Below are positions 49,765-58,931 of a stretch of DNA of 64,000 nucleotides, one piece after another (the first letter of the stretch is position 1; each line of letters opens with the position of its first letter). The stretch is taken from contig JAZDCZ010000289.1 in NCBI GenBank assembly GCA_036679605.1, positions 76,153 through 140,152 on the forward strand, in the 5' to 3' direction. A program made the translations under genes and the position numbers. Source of the stretch: Gemmatimonadota bacterium (GTDB lineage Bacteria > Gemmatimonadota > Gemmatimonadetes > Gemmatimonadales > GWC2-71-9). Under the pieces are notes generated by a model, which saw only the letters and a program-made list of their open reading frames with translations, made no database searches and was not told the DNA's origin.

Positions 49765-50104
49765 ATGCGATCGCTTCTCGGCTCTGCAGCTCTCCGTAGT
49801 GCTCGAACGGCGCACCCTCTGGATGCCCATTGGGATACCGGGTGGGCACATACCCGGCGTCTAGCACGCGCGCCTTGTCCACGAGGGCGCCGTCCACCTC
49901 GAGCGGCAGCTCTGTAAGTAGCCGGGCCACGACATGTCCCCAGGCCTCTTGTCCGCGCGCGAGATGCAGCGCCTTCACGGCCTTCTCGGCTGCTTGGTGC
50001 GCCGCAAAGCACGCCCACTCGTGCCGACCGTCTCGCTGTGACGCCTGCGCCTGTTCGAGATCGCGCTTCGCTTGCGCGAACCAGTCCTGTGATCGGTTCG
50101 GCAC
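49721..50104 (-). CDS. HEPN domain protein
   Basis: DWFAQAKRDL, WACFAAHQAAEKAVKA, YVPTRYP; AGGAGG SD before GTG 50104. Confidence 0.92.
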   Translation of the reverse strand: MPNRSQDWFAQAKRDLEQAQASQRDGRHEWACFAAHQAAEKAVKALHLARGQEAWGHVVARLLTELPLEVDGALVDKARVLDAGYVPTRYPNGHPEGAPFEHYGELQSREAIAYASEIIEFVHTQMA

Positions 50105-50164
50105 GAGTCCTCCTGGTCCCCTCGCAGCCATAAAGTCGACATTCAAGTTACGACCAAGGCGGTG

Positions 50165-50265
50165 CCGGTGTCCACGACGAACACCATTAAGACTCTTCCA
50201 TCATCCTATAGAGCGCGTCCCGGTCAGCCAGATCCACCCTGGGTTTGCCCATGGAATGCACGGGT
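50165..50265 (-). pseudogene. vapBC-type toxin-antitoxin scar
   Basis: The ATPase tail HSMGKPRVDLADRDALYRMMEE resembles an antitoxin C-terminus; a TAATG overlap then starts MVFVVDT, like a PIN toxin N-terminus, which stops after 14 codons. Confidence 0.55.
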
Positions 50266-51398
50266 GACGAGTGCAGCCGCTTCAAGAATTCCTCTGCGGG
50301 TATGCACCAGATGCCATCGATCCGGAGCCTGTCCTTGCCGCGGTAGAGTAGGACCGGCTCGCATTCAGGGTACTCGTTTGCGAGACTGCGCAGCCCGCGC
50401 AGGTCTCTGTTCCGGACCACGGCAGTGTTCTTGACTTCGACGGCCCAGAAACCGCTGTCCCCGTAGATCACGAAGTCTACCTCCGTGCCGGCGCGGGTTC
50501 GCCAGAAGTACAGCTCGCTGCGGGTGCCGGAGTAGGCGATCCATGCTCTCAGATGTTGCGCTACCAACCCCTCCAATGCGCTGCCGGCGATCTCTTCCGG
50601 ATTGTCCAGCGGACCGCTGGGCCGGAGCGAACGATACACTCCGGCATCGAAGTAATAGAACTTGGGATGGACCGTGGTTTTGCGCGCCGCGCGCTTTGTG
50701 AACACCGGTACTCTGAAGCCCAGCAGCAGGTCCTCCAGGACTTCCAAGTATCCCTGTACGGTGCGGCGCCCAACCTGACACTCACGTGCCACGTTGCTCA
50801 AGTTCAAGACGGCGCCGTGTGAGAAGCTCAAAGCTTCGAGAAACCGTGCGAACGCGCCGAGGCTTCGCGCCAAGCCTTCCCGTTGGACCTCTTCCTCGAG
50901 ATAGAGGGATACATATGCGCTCAGCACATCGGCCGGGTCCTTTGCATCGACCACGAGCGGTAGCAATCCCGTTTCGAGTGCGTTCTCCAGATTGAACCCG
51001 GGTAACTCGGCCGCCATGAACGGATGTAGGGTACGCATGACAGCTCTTCCCGCGAGCAGATCCACTCCTCCGCGACGGAGTTTGCGGGCGCTCGACCCGG
51101 TCAACACGAACCGCCTGCCGCTCTGTTGCTCGATCAGGTCGTGGACGACGTTCAGAAGTTCCGGTATTCGCTGCACCTCATCTATCACCACGGTGTGACT
51201 TCCAGGGGATCCGGCAACCAGCTCCGACAGCCGCTCCGGTCGCGCGCTTAGCCGCCGGAACACGTCGGGTTTGAGTAGATCGACAAACAACGCGCCGGGG
51301 CACTGCGACCTGAGCCAGGTTGACTTCCCGGTGCCGCGCGGGCCGAACAGAAAGAAGCTCTGCTGGGGAAGGACGAAAAATCGAGGCACTAATGCCAT
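50187..51398 (-). CDS. AAA_14 ATPase with DUF4143 (PD-(D/E)XK-like) C-terminus
   Basis: GPRGTGKS, IDEVQ, LTGSSARKL, KFYYFDAG, FWRT...EVDFV...VEVK. Confidence 0.92.
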   Translation of the reverse strand: MALVPRFFVLPQQSFFLFGPRGTGKSTWLRSQCPGALFVDLLKPDVFRRLSARPERLSELVAGSPGSHTVVIDEVQRIPELLNVVHDLIEQQSGRRFVLTGSSARKLRRGGVDLLAGRAVMRTLHPFMAAELPGFNLENALETGLLPLVVDAKDPADVLSAYVSLYLEEEVQREGLARSLGAFARFLEALSFSHGAVLNLSNVARECQVGRRTVQGYLEVLEDLLLGFRVPVFTKRAARKTTVHPKFYYFDAGVYRSLRPSGPLDNPEEIAGSALEGLVAQHLRAWIAYSGTRSELYFWRTRAGTEVDFVIYGDSGFWAVEVKNTAVVRNRDLRGLRSLANEYPECEPVLLYRGKDRLRIDGIWCIPAEEFLKRLHSSPVHSMGKPRVDLADRDALYRMMEES

Positions 51399-51525
51399 AA
51401 TTAGACTCAAAATGGCGTATGCGATGCTGAAAATCAAGTTATCTGTGGTAGGTCCCGGCCGAGTTCGCCATTCGCGGGCGACAGCGAGTTCAAGGTGCTG
51501 TGGCATAACGTCAAACTATGGAAGC

Positions 51526-51559
51526 ATTATACTATAGTATACTACTACTATAGTATAAT
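51526..51559. promoter_or_regulatory. perfect 14-bp inverted repeat, probable operator
   Basis: ATTATACTATAGTA-tactac-TACTATAGTATAAT between two divergent ATPase genes. Confidence 0.7.
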
Positions 51560-51594
51560 ATCTCCATAAATGTGGCAGGCATCGCGCGGAGAAC

Positions 51595-53061
51595 ATGAGA
51601 GAGATCGTCGATCGTGAACAGGAGATCCGAGAACTCAAGGGGCTCGCTGACGCCGGGGCACCCAAGCTCGCTCTCCTGTATGGCCGACGGCGTGTCGGCA
51701 AGACGTTCCTGTTGACCAGGATCTGGTCGCCGGAGCGGGTGTTCTACTTCACCGCTTCTGCGACCACGCCGGAACAGAATCGCCGACATCTCGTCGGGGA
51801 GGCCGCTCGGTGGGCCGGCGTCGAACTGGAACCGCATGACTATCCCACGTGGCGCACCGTCTTCCGGATGCTCGTATCCCTCAAGCCCGACAATCCGATT
51901 GTGGTCGTGCTCGACGAGGTCCAGTACCTGGCTAACGATGAAGTCGGGCTCCGTGAGGTGGCTTCTGAGTTCAACGCGGTTTGGGAACGAATCGACGCCC
52001 GCCGGCAAGTACTCGTCGTGCTATCGGGGTCTGCGGTTAGCACGCTCGGCGCGCTGGCTCACGGCGGGTCACCACTCTACGGACGGTTCGACTGGCAAGC
52101 CAAACTCACACCGTTTGACTACTGGAATGCCGCCCGCATGGTGCCGACCTACGATCACCAGGACCAGTTGCGCGTCTACGGTGCGTTTGGCGGTATGCCA
52201 CGCTACCTGGCGTCGGTAAAGGCTGGATGCTTGGTCGGCAAGAATGTGCAGGACCTGTTGCTTTCACCCAGGGGTGAGATCCGGCTCCAGATCGAGACGG
52301 CGCTCCACCAAGAAGAGGGGCTCATCGATGTCGCCAAGTACCGGGCGATCCTGATAGCAATTGGAAGCGGGCGCACGCGACTGAGCGAGATCGGTCAGAG
52401 AACGGGGTTACAAGTCGACAAGGGATTCAGGCACCGCATCGAGCAGTTGATCGAACTGGGATACGTCCGCAAGGGGCGGAACATCGGGGCCGGCCGGACG
52501 ACACCGTTCTTCTATCGGATCGCCGATCCAGCCGTGGCGTTCTTTTACTCGCTGGTAGCACCTTACGAGACCGCACTCGAGGTGACGGAGCCCGCGGAAC
52601 TCTGGAGGACACCGCTAGAGTCCATGTTTCAGACGCACATGGGGTTCGTATTCGAGCGGGTTGTTGCACAGGCCTCTTACCGGCATCAGACGGAGCTGGG
52701 ACTTCCGATCGTGCGTCAGTGGGGACGATGGGAGGGACAAGACCGAAACAGGAAAGCGCTCGAGATCGACGTCGCCTGCGAACTCACGGATGGACGGATC
52801 CTTTCCGGCGCTATCAAGCACCGGCGGCGACCGATGGGATCACGCGCCTTCATCAAGCACTTGAGGGATCTGGAGCGTGTCGCGGCGAGCGGCAAGCATG
52901 GTGCCTGGGCTCGCCGGGCCCTCGAACCGGAGGCGCCACTGCTGTTCGTGTCGGTGAGCGGGTTTAGCGACAAGTTCCTCCAAATGGCGGAGGCGAGCGA
53001 GCGGGTCGTCATAGCGTGGACAGTCGACGATCTGTTTCGGGGGTTCGGGAATGTAGAATGA
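51595..53061 (+). CDS. archaeal-type ATPase (ATPase_2) with wHTH and DUF234-like nuclease-fold C-terminus
   Basis: VDREQE, YGRRRVGKT, LDEVQYL, LSGS, SPLYGR, GGMPRYL, EIDV. Confidence 0.92.
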   Translation: MREIVDREQEIRELKGLADAGAPKLALLYGRRRVGKTFLLTRIWSPERVFYFTASATTPEQNRRHLVGEAARWAGVELEPHDYPTWRTVFRMLVSLKPDNPIVVVLDEVQYLANDEVGLREVASEFNAVWERIDARRQVLVVLSGSAVSTLGALAHGGSPLYGRFDWQAKLTPFDYWNAARMVPTYDHQDQLRVYGAFGGMPRYLASVKAGCLVGKNVQDLLLSPRGEIRLQIETALHQEEGLIDVAKYRAILIAIGSGRTRLSEIGQRTGLQVDKGFRHRIEQLIELGYVRKGRNIGAGRTTPFFYRIADPAVAFFYSLVAPYETALEVTEPAELWRTPLESMFQTHMGFVFERVVAQASYRHQTELGLPIVRQWGRWEGQDRNRKALEIDVACELTDGRILSGAIKHRRRPMGSRAFIKHLRDLERVAASGKHGAWARRALEPEAPLLFVSVSGFSDKFLQMAEASERVVIAWTVDDLFRGFGNVE

Positions 53062-53080
53062 CGACCGGGTGACCGGATGG

Positions 53081-53149
53081 AGGGGATCTATGATCCGGGT
53101 AACCCACCGATGTGACCTTTTGCTCCTTCGTGGCCACTGTAGTATAGAG
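53081..53149 (+). repeat. 69-bp exact direct repeat, copy 1
   Basis: AGGGGATCTATGATCC...CACTGTAGTATAGAG, identical to 57128-57196. Confidence 0.95.
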
Positions 53150-53296
53150 CCTGTGGTGCCTCCGTGGAGGCGTGGCCGCCGTTGATGGACTGGGAACGCG
53201 GCGCGTTGCCAGAGCAGCCATCCGCCATGTAAGACTGCCGTCACAACTTGTCGAGATGTATGATGGGCCCTTGCTCTAGGGTCAGCGGATGCGCGC

Positions 53297-54154
53297 GTGG
53301 CAGGCAGCATGTCCCAACAGAGTGACCGAGACGTCCAGCGCATGTTGGCGGACTTGTATCTGCTGGTGCCGCCTTATCAAGACGTAAAATCTGTTCGGGC
53401 TGTAGTTGGCACGAATAAGTATAGGCCAGAACTGGGCTCAATCCTGTATGCAAATGGCGACAATGTCCTTCGCTCGCTGGCATCACTTGGATTGGCAAAC
53501 ACATGGTGGCCGTGGGCCGTGCCGTGTGTGGTTGTGCAAAGAAGTGACGGAGAGACAGAATCATTGATTCGTCTCGTGGCTCCAGAACCGACGCGACTAG
53601 CAATCGATCGCGTAGATAAGCCGACCGCAAGAGCTACGCCGAGTGCGATTCTCCGATCAGTAAAGGGCCGACGCAACCCAACGTCCGACGTTGTGACCGC
53701 TTTCTTGAAGCGACGTCTTGGAGTCAATCGATTGCAGGCGTTCGCGAGCGAGCAGTGTCATCTTGCATTAGCTGAGCCTCCCAGTCCGAGCCCGCGAAGC
53801 ATCGCCAGCTATAGTCGGACATTCGCCGACCATGGTCCCTTTACTGCATGTGGATGGCGGGCAGTCGCCAGACTCGCCGTTCACCTTGCGGCGAAGACTC
53901 CGCAAACATGGATGTCAATGCAAACTCTGCAGCGCCACTCGCGGAAATATCTTGCCATGTCCGTGGTCGAAGCACGTCGACTGTTTGCGTGGGAGTGGGT
54001 GCTCGAGCAGGCCCTTCGTGTCGGAGGGTATGTAACAAAAGAGGAACAGCAGCGAGCGGTACGACTATGGAAGTGCCGGCGAAGGGACTGTGCCTGCGTT
54101 TGCCACACGGAAAGCTCTTCTGAGAACCGCTGTCAAAACCTTGCAGAATCGTAA
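53297..54154 (+). CDS. hypothetical protein, probable divergent HTH regulator
   Basis: LVPPY, PWAVPCVVV, C-terminal MQTLQRHSRKYL...WEWVLEQALR. The regulator call is an inference. Confidence 0.55.
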   Translation: MAGSMSQQSDRDVQRMLADLYLLVPPYQDVKSVRAVVGTNKYRPELGSILYANGDNVLRSLASLGLANTWWPWAVPCVVVQRSDGETESLIRLVAPEPTRLAIDRVDKPTARATPSAILRSVKGRRNPTSDVVTAFLKRRLGVNRLQAFASEQCHLALAEPPSPSPRSIASYSRTFADHGPFTACGWRAVARLAVHLAAKTPQTWMSMQTLQRHSRKYLAMSVVEARRLFAWEWVLEQALRVGGYVTKEEQQRAVRLWKCRRRDCACVCHTESSSENRCQNLAES

Positions 54155-54264
54155 CTATCAGAAACTTGCAGATATGCAACGTTCTTGGCTTGTCAAGAAA
54201 AACCCGCGCTCTAAGATTATGTTGAGCACGATCCACGCCAATGCAGGCCAGGAGGGTGGAAATA

Positions 54265-54843
54265 ATGAGGAACAAACTGAGAGTATTCGGTGCCATCTTC
54301 GCAACCACCGTCATGGTGATTTCGGCACTGCAAGCTCGTAGGGTGTGGTTACCGCATGGCTTGCAATTTACGCAATCAGACGAAGTGTCTCGACTGCTAG
54401 GCACAACGCTTCCGCCAGTAACCGTCAATGCTTTGGATGGAACTGAGTTGAACATTCGAAAACACATAGAGGGTCGCAACACACTGATAATCCTTGCTGG
54501 CATGGCCGATTGTTTACCGTGCGCTAGTTTCTCTCTAGAGTTGTCGGTTATCCGAAATCGATTCCCTACTCTACTCAGCGTGATAATAGGCAGCGGTCGT
54601 GAAGAGGAGGTTTTTCTCGAGTATTTCAATCGCACGAGGATACAACGCTATGCATTACTCGATCCAGACCGGGAGTTGCTAAGAGCGCTCGGAGTTCGCC
54701 GTGAGCCGTTGATTCTCCTCGTTGATGATTCCAGCCGCATTCTATTCGTTGATGACAGAACGAGTTCGACGTCTTCCGTCTTTCGCATCTCGCAACTACT
54801 CGCTGCGCTAGCGCATTCCTTGGAATCGTCAGAGGCGTTGTGA
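54265..54843 (+). CDS. membrane-anchored redoxin/TlpA-like thioredoxin-fold protein
   Basis: N-terminal TM, LP...V.ALDG, CLPC, cis-Pro loop REPLILLVD. Confidence 0.8.
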   Translation: MRNKLRVFGAIFATTVMVISALQARRVWLPHGLQFTQSDEVSRLLGTTLPPVTVNALDGTELNIRKHIEGRNTLIILAGMADCLPCASFSLELSVIRNRFPTLLSVIIGSGREEEVFLEYFNRTRIQRYALLDPDRELLRALGVRREPLILLVDDSSRILFVDDRTSSTSSVFRISQLLAALAHSLESSEAL

Positions 54844-54911
54844 ACAAGACATGCTGCCCCTCCCTCGTAGTTCAGTCTCCCTCAACAATTCTCAGTCAAC
54901 AGGAGGACAAG

Positions 54912-55082
54912 ATGAAGACATCAACGAAGAAATCACGGCTAAGTACTGCCATTATGAGTGTCGGTTTCATCCTAGCGGCTCTCTTGCTGTTTACTCCGCA
55001 GACAGCGCACGCTAGCAACTACGCCATCTCCTGGATGCCGGATGGGCCGCCCTGTTCGCAAGATCCAGGGAATGATTGCTGA
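54912..55082 (+). CDS. small Sec-secreted peptide precursor (56 aa, 2 Cys)
   Basis: AGGAGG SD; MKTSTKKSRLSTAIMSVGFILAALLLFTPQTAHA|SNYAISWMPDGPPCSQDPGNDC. Confidence 0.8.
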   Translation: MKTSTKKSRLSTAIMSVGFILAALLLFTPQTAHASNYAISWMPDGPPCSQDPGNDC

Positions 55083-55342
55083 TTGTCGACCTAACATTGA
55101 GTAGGGGCTGGGTCCTGGGAGGGGCATACCCGTTCTGGCCGTCCGCTCCGGTGGATGTGTGACATGCAGGTGGTCGCTTTTCAATATGACCAGAGTGAAG
55201 TACAGTCGCCGTCATGTTGAATGCGAAATCTAAGCTTCAGTAGCTGTCTGTCCCAATTGGGGCTGGATTAGGCAGGCCAGAGAAATAAGTTTTACAGAAA
55301 TTGGATTCGGTGCACAATTCATTCTACGGCATATGGACATAA

Positions 55343-56461
55343 GTGGAGGTTATGAAGATGCTATCACGCTCCTGTCGTAGGCTTCTCTTTTTATGTACGG
55401 TTCAGTACCTGTCTGCGTGCGGTTCGGAGAACTCACCGCAGGGTACGTGGCGAGAGTCTTCGGATTTGTTGCCCCTTGCAAGTCTACTGCGGGCTGAAAG
55501 CCACATACGGCTATACCCCAGCTACGACGACCCAATTGGCACCGCCGGTGATTTGCTTGTCGTCGACTCGCAATTCATAGTGTTCGACGTCATGCAGGCG
55601 AACCTCAAGGTATTCGACTACGCCGGCAAACTGATCCGAACCATTGGTCGCAGTGGTGATGGACCTGGTGAATTTCGTAGACCCATGAGCGGCACTGTTC
55701 TCGCCAACGAGCGGTTCGCGGTGCTGGATGAAACGCGGCGTGTGGTGTCGATTCGCGATTCCACGGGGCGCACGATATCGGAGTGGTATGTAGGAGGTAG
55801 CAAGCTGTACAGTGTAGGCTCGATCGAGGGAAACCAGGGGATTGTGCTGACGGGTCGACTTAATACCGTAGCTTCGTCTCCAGATCTGCTAACAAAAGAT
55901 CGTGGGGTGCACGAGTATGATTTCGCCGGCAGCCTCGTGGCGTCATATCGACCAGTACCCAAACCGAAGCACCACTGGGAGGAAATGTTTAGCGGCACTG
56001 TACTCGCATCTCTTGGAGACATAGTGGTGTCCGGTTCATACAGTTCCAATCGCATTCACCATTATGAGCGGAGCAGCGGGAAAGAGTGGTGGACAGACAT
56101 CGGGGGTTTGTGGTACAAACCCCTGGAGTGGCCGGATGACGACGAATCGTCGAACGTGTCAAAGGCAGTTCAGGTCACCAGTTGGGCAAAACAACAAATC
56201 TTGCTAACGAGGTTGTACTCGATCGACGAGACACATTACCTGGCTCAATTCCAAGCCTACGATTCTGATGACAATCGGGTCTTCCACTATCTGTTGGCGG
56301 ATGTCTCAGGCAAGACGCTAGCGATCACCAAAGCAACCTCTTTGAAGATTTTACATGTAATCGCCGGGGTTCCTTACGGTATAGAACTTGGTGAGGATGG
56401 GGCAGTCACGATCGTAGTGTTGGCACTTAATCGCACCTTTCTCGAAGATATGGGCCCGTAG
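55343..56461 (+). CDS. 6-bladed beta-propeller (NHL-like) lipoprotein
   Basis: Lipobox LSAC; VFDYAGKLIRTIGRSGDGPGEF. Confidence 0.85.
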   Translation: MEVMKMLSRSCRRLLFLCTVQYLSACGSENSPQGTWRESSDLLPLASLLRAESHIRLYPSYDDPIGTAGDLLVVDSQFIVFDVMQANLKVFDYAGKLIRTIGRSGDGPGEFRRPMSGTVLANERFAVLDETRRVVSIRDSTGRTISEWYVGGSKLYSVGSIEGNQGIVLTGRLNTVASSPDLLTKDRGVHEYDFAGSLVASYRPVPKPKHHWEEMFSGTVLASLGDIVVSGSYSSNRIHHYERSSGKEWWTDIGGLWYKPLEWPDDDESSNVSKAVQVTSWAKQQILLTRLYSIDETHYLAQFQAYDSDDNRVFHYLLADVSGKTLAITKATSLKILHVIAGVPYGIELGEDGAVTIVVLALNRTFLEDMGP

Positions 56462-57031
56462 GCCGTTGGACGTACCGCGTAGTGGGTTGTTCCGTCTCTC
56501 ACATCTGAAGAGATAGTGACCCGATCTTTACTGACCGTCCCAATCTGTCAGTTCTCACAAGGATGACCCACCTATTCTCACGGCCTTTACCCACCTATCG
56601 CGAGGCCGTGATGAATGCATACGATACTGTGTGTACGTTATCTTCGCGGTCGTGCCGGATGCGAGGTTTCGCACAGTTTCGTACGCTGGCTTGAAGTTTC
56701 TTACCCAGGACCTCCTTCGGTTAGGGCCTTCAGCCGACGTGGGGTTGCGTTGGCCGGAGCGTTCCCGACTGCGATAGTTCTCCCCCTCGATCACAATCTG
56801 ATAGGCGTTGTGGGTCAGTAGATCCAGTGTGAGATAGCGCTTTCTTCCCAGAGAGGGCCGGAAATTTCAACTTGTCCCAATCTGAGTGGTCCTGAAAACA
56901 GGGGGCAGTCCAGAAAACCCGGCCAAATGTCCCAAAAACTACGTACGATGTCCCAATAAAGCACTAACGGAGCCGGTACGAACCCCCCAAATTACACCTA
57001 CCCGAAGCTGGAAGCACAATTGCCGTCCTCC

Positions 57032-57077
57032 AGTCGGATACGAATTGGCATTGGAGTCGGATACGAATTGGCATTGG
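57032..57077 (+). repeat. 2 x 23-bp perfect tandem repeat
   Basis: AGTCGGATACGAATTGGCATTGG occurs twice in tandem. Confidence 0.9.
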
Positions 57078-57127
57078 TTCCGTCGATTCGCCGGTCGCCG
57101 GTACAGTGCAGCTAAAGGTTTGAAGAC

Positions 57128-57196
57128 AGGGGATCTATGATCCGGGTAACCCACCGATGTGACCTTTTGCTCCTTCGTGGCCACTGTAGTATAGAG
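57128..57196 (+). repeat. 69-bp exact direct repeat, copy 2
   Basis: Identical to 53081-53149. Confidence 0.95.
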
Positions 57197-57231
57197 GCTC
57201 GAGAGGTGCCATAGCGACGTCGCTGGCCGTG

Positions 57232-57502
57232 ATGGGCAGAATTGACCGGTTCGAATCGCCGACTTTCCTGCCCCGTGCGCGGTTGGGCGAGCTGGAGGCG
57301 ATCACGGAATTCTTCGAGCGCTTCGGCGACGTGGTTTTCGGCCTAGCACAGACTGACCAAGTCACGTGAGGAGGCAAAGGATGTCGTTCAAGATGTGTTT
57401 ATGGAATTGGCGGAGGCTTTGCGGGGCTACGAAGGGCGGGGCAGTATCGAGGGGCGGATCAAGACGAGAATCCGAAGATCCTTTAGAAAGAGAGCCTTTT
57501 GA
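57232..57502 (+). pseudogene. frameshifted, truncated ECF sigma factor
   Basis: Manual translation: ARLGELEAITEFFERFGDVVFGLA, frameshift near 57348, then RLTKSREEAKDVVQDVFMELAEALRGYEGRGSIEG. This matches sigma70 region 2; region 4 is absent. Confidence 0.8.
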
Positions 57503-57504
57503 AA

Positions 57505-58380
57505 ATGCAGACGCTAGTGAGCCCCGATAGCCCATTACAGTTCGGATGCTGCATCAGCGAAGGAAATCCACGGGAGCTTGTCACGCGCGCGGTCGGGGAC
57601 ATAGGCGGTGAGGCCGTAAACATCGGCTGGGAGTCTATGCACCACCGGAAGGCCTGCGGTTGGGATGCAGTGGTGTACGATCTTGCTCCTTGGGACAAGC
57701 GTTCGCAGTCAACCATTCGCACGATTATCGAAGCTTGTCCGACGGCACCGATTCTTCTATATGCTCCTGTTCGACCGGGTATCGGGTCGCTACTTTGCGA
57801 CCGCTGGCCCGACAGAGTTGGGATCAAATTGCAGTTTGAGGATCCGGAGGAAGCAACACGACTTTATGACCAGATGCGGGTCTTGCTAGGAAGGATTCCG
57901 CTACAGCACATTGGGAGCATCTTTGGAGCACTATTTCCCGAATTGCCCAATAGGGTATCTACCTATATCCGGCTGGCAATCCGCGAGCTTGGTGATGCAG
58001 GACAAGTGTCTCCAAACGTGAGTTCTTTAGCCTATTCAATGGAGGTGAGCCTCCGCACGCTGGAGCGTTCGTGGGCCGGCCTACGCATTCCAAGCCCAAA
58101 GGAATTACTCGATTGGATAATGTTACTCTACATCACACTGGCTGGAGAATCCACATGTATACCTGTCGGTGCTGCGGGCCGCGTGATAGGTCTTGATGCC
58201 GCTGCCATTTGTCGGTTGCGCAAGAGGCTCGTTTCACCAATGATCGCGAACGCGCTACAGAATGGGATTGAATCGACAAGTGACTTCGACGTTACACTGT
58301 TATCGTTCGCCCGGAGATATGGTATTTCGGCTGATCACGTTCTAGAAGTTTCGGAGCATGCTGTTCTCAAATGCCGGTGA
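57505..58380 (+). CDS. pseudo-receiver plus HTH (AraC-like) regulator, paralogue of 48313-49209
   Basis: VVYDLAPW, APILLYAP, NVSSLAYSMEVSLRTLERSW..IPSPKELLDW, FDV. Confidence 0.75.
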   Translation: MQTLVSPDSPLQFGCCISEGNPRELVTRAVGDIGGEAVNIGWESMHHRKACGWDAVVYDLAPWDKRSQSTIRTIIEACPTAPILLYAPVRPGIGSLLCDRWPDRVGIKLQFEDPEEATRLYDQMRVLLGRIPLQHIGSIFGALFPELPNRVSTYIRLAIRELGDAGQVSPNVSSLAYSMEVSLRTLERSWAGLRIPSPKELLDWIMLLYITLAGESTCIPVGAAGRVIGLDAAAICRLRKRLVSPMIANALQNGIESTSDFDVTLLSFARRYGISADHVLEVSEHAVLKCR

Positions 58381-58528
58381 TTGGTCTAACCGCGTAAATT
58401 GTACGGGCCAAGACCTGATTTGACAGATTCTCCCTGCGAAACGGTTGTGCTACCCCGACCTTCCTTTCCCACCCGGCGGTCAACTGTCCGCAAATGTCCA
58501 CATCGTGTGACCGCGCTCTGACACTGCT

Positions 58529-58588
58529 TCCCTGATGGGTCCGTTTGATGTCGTACCGCACGAAGTACGCGTAGAGGTCGGACTGTAA
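58529..58588 (-). mobile_element. possible IS481-like integrase-core remnant
   Basis: LQSDLYAYFVRYDIKRTHQG resembles the LQ.DL..Y...YN..R.HQG end of integrase-core transposases. Very short. Confidence 0.35.
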
Positions 58589-58931
58589 CACTTGAGCGTC
58601 GCTCAAATCTCTGCGGAAACATCACGTTGCAAAGACTCAGTCTCGGTTCGTTTGCCATACCTGCCTCCTCTGTTCAAATACAGAATATGAATCGCAAACA
58701 CAAAATCTCTGACACCCCCTCGCACAGGAACGCTGACGCAGTCTCAGGTGACCACATCTTGTTTCCCTCGTCCGAGCTGGCGTGACTTTCAGAAAAGGAA
58801 TTGAGGTAGGACAGAGTCAAACTACGGATTGAAAGGTCGTCGTTTGATCATCCCTCGATCTGCAACGTTTGATAATGCCTCTGATTTCGAACCCAACCAC
58901 ACGATGCGGGATGGCACCGTCAGTTAGCAAG

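Noticed and set aside
53841..54635. 264-aa minus-strand ORF
   Set aside because: Antisense to the redoxin and the upstream gene; no recognisable motifs.
56555..56821. Short ORFs on both strands downstream of propeller A
   Set aside because: No recognisable domain or SD; probably decayed or non-coding DNA.
53081..57196. 69-bp and 23-bp repeats as a CRISPR array
   Set aside because: Only two copies of each, no regular repeat-spacer period, and no cas genes in the window.
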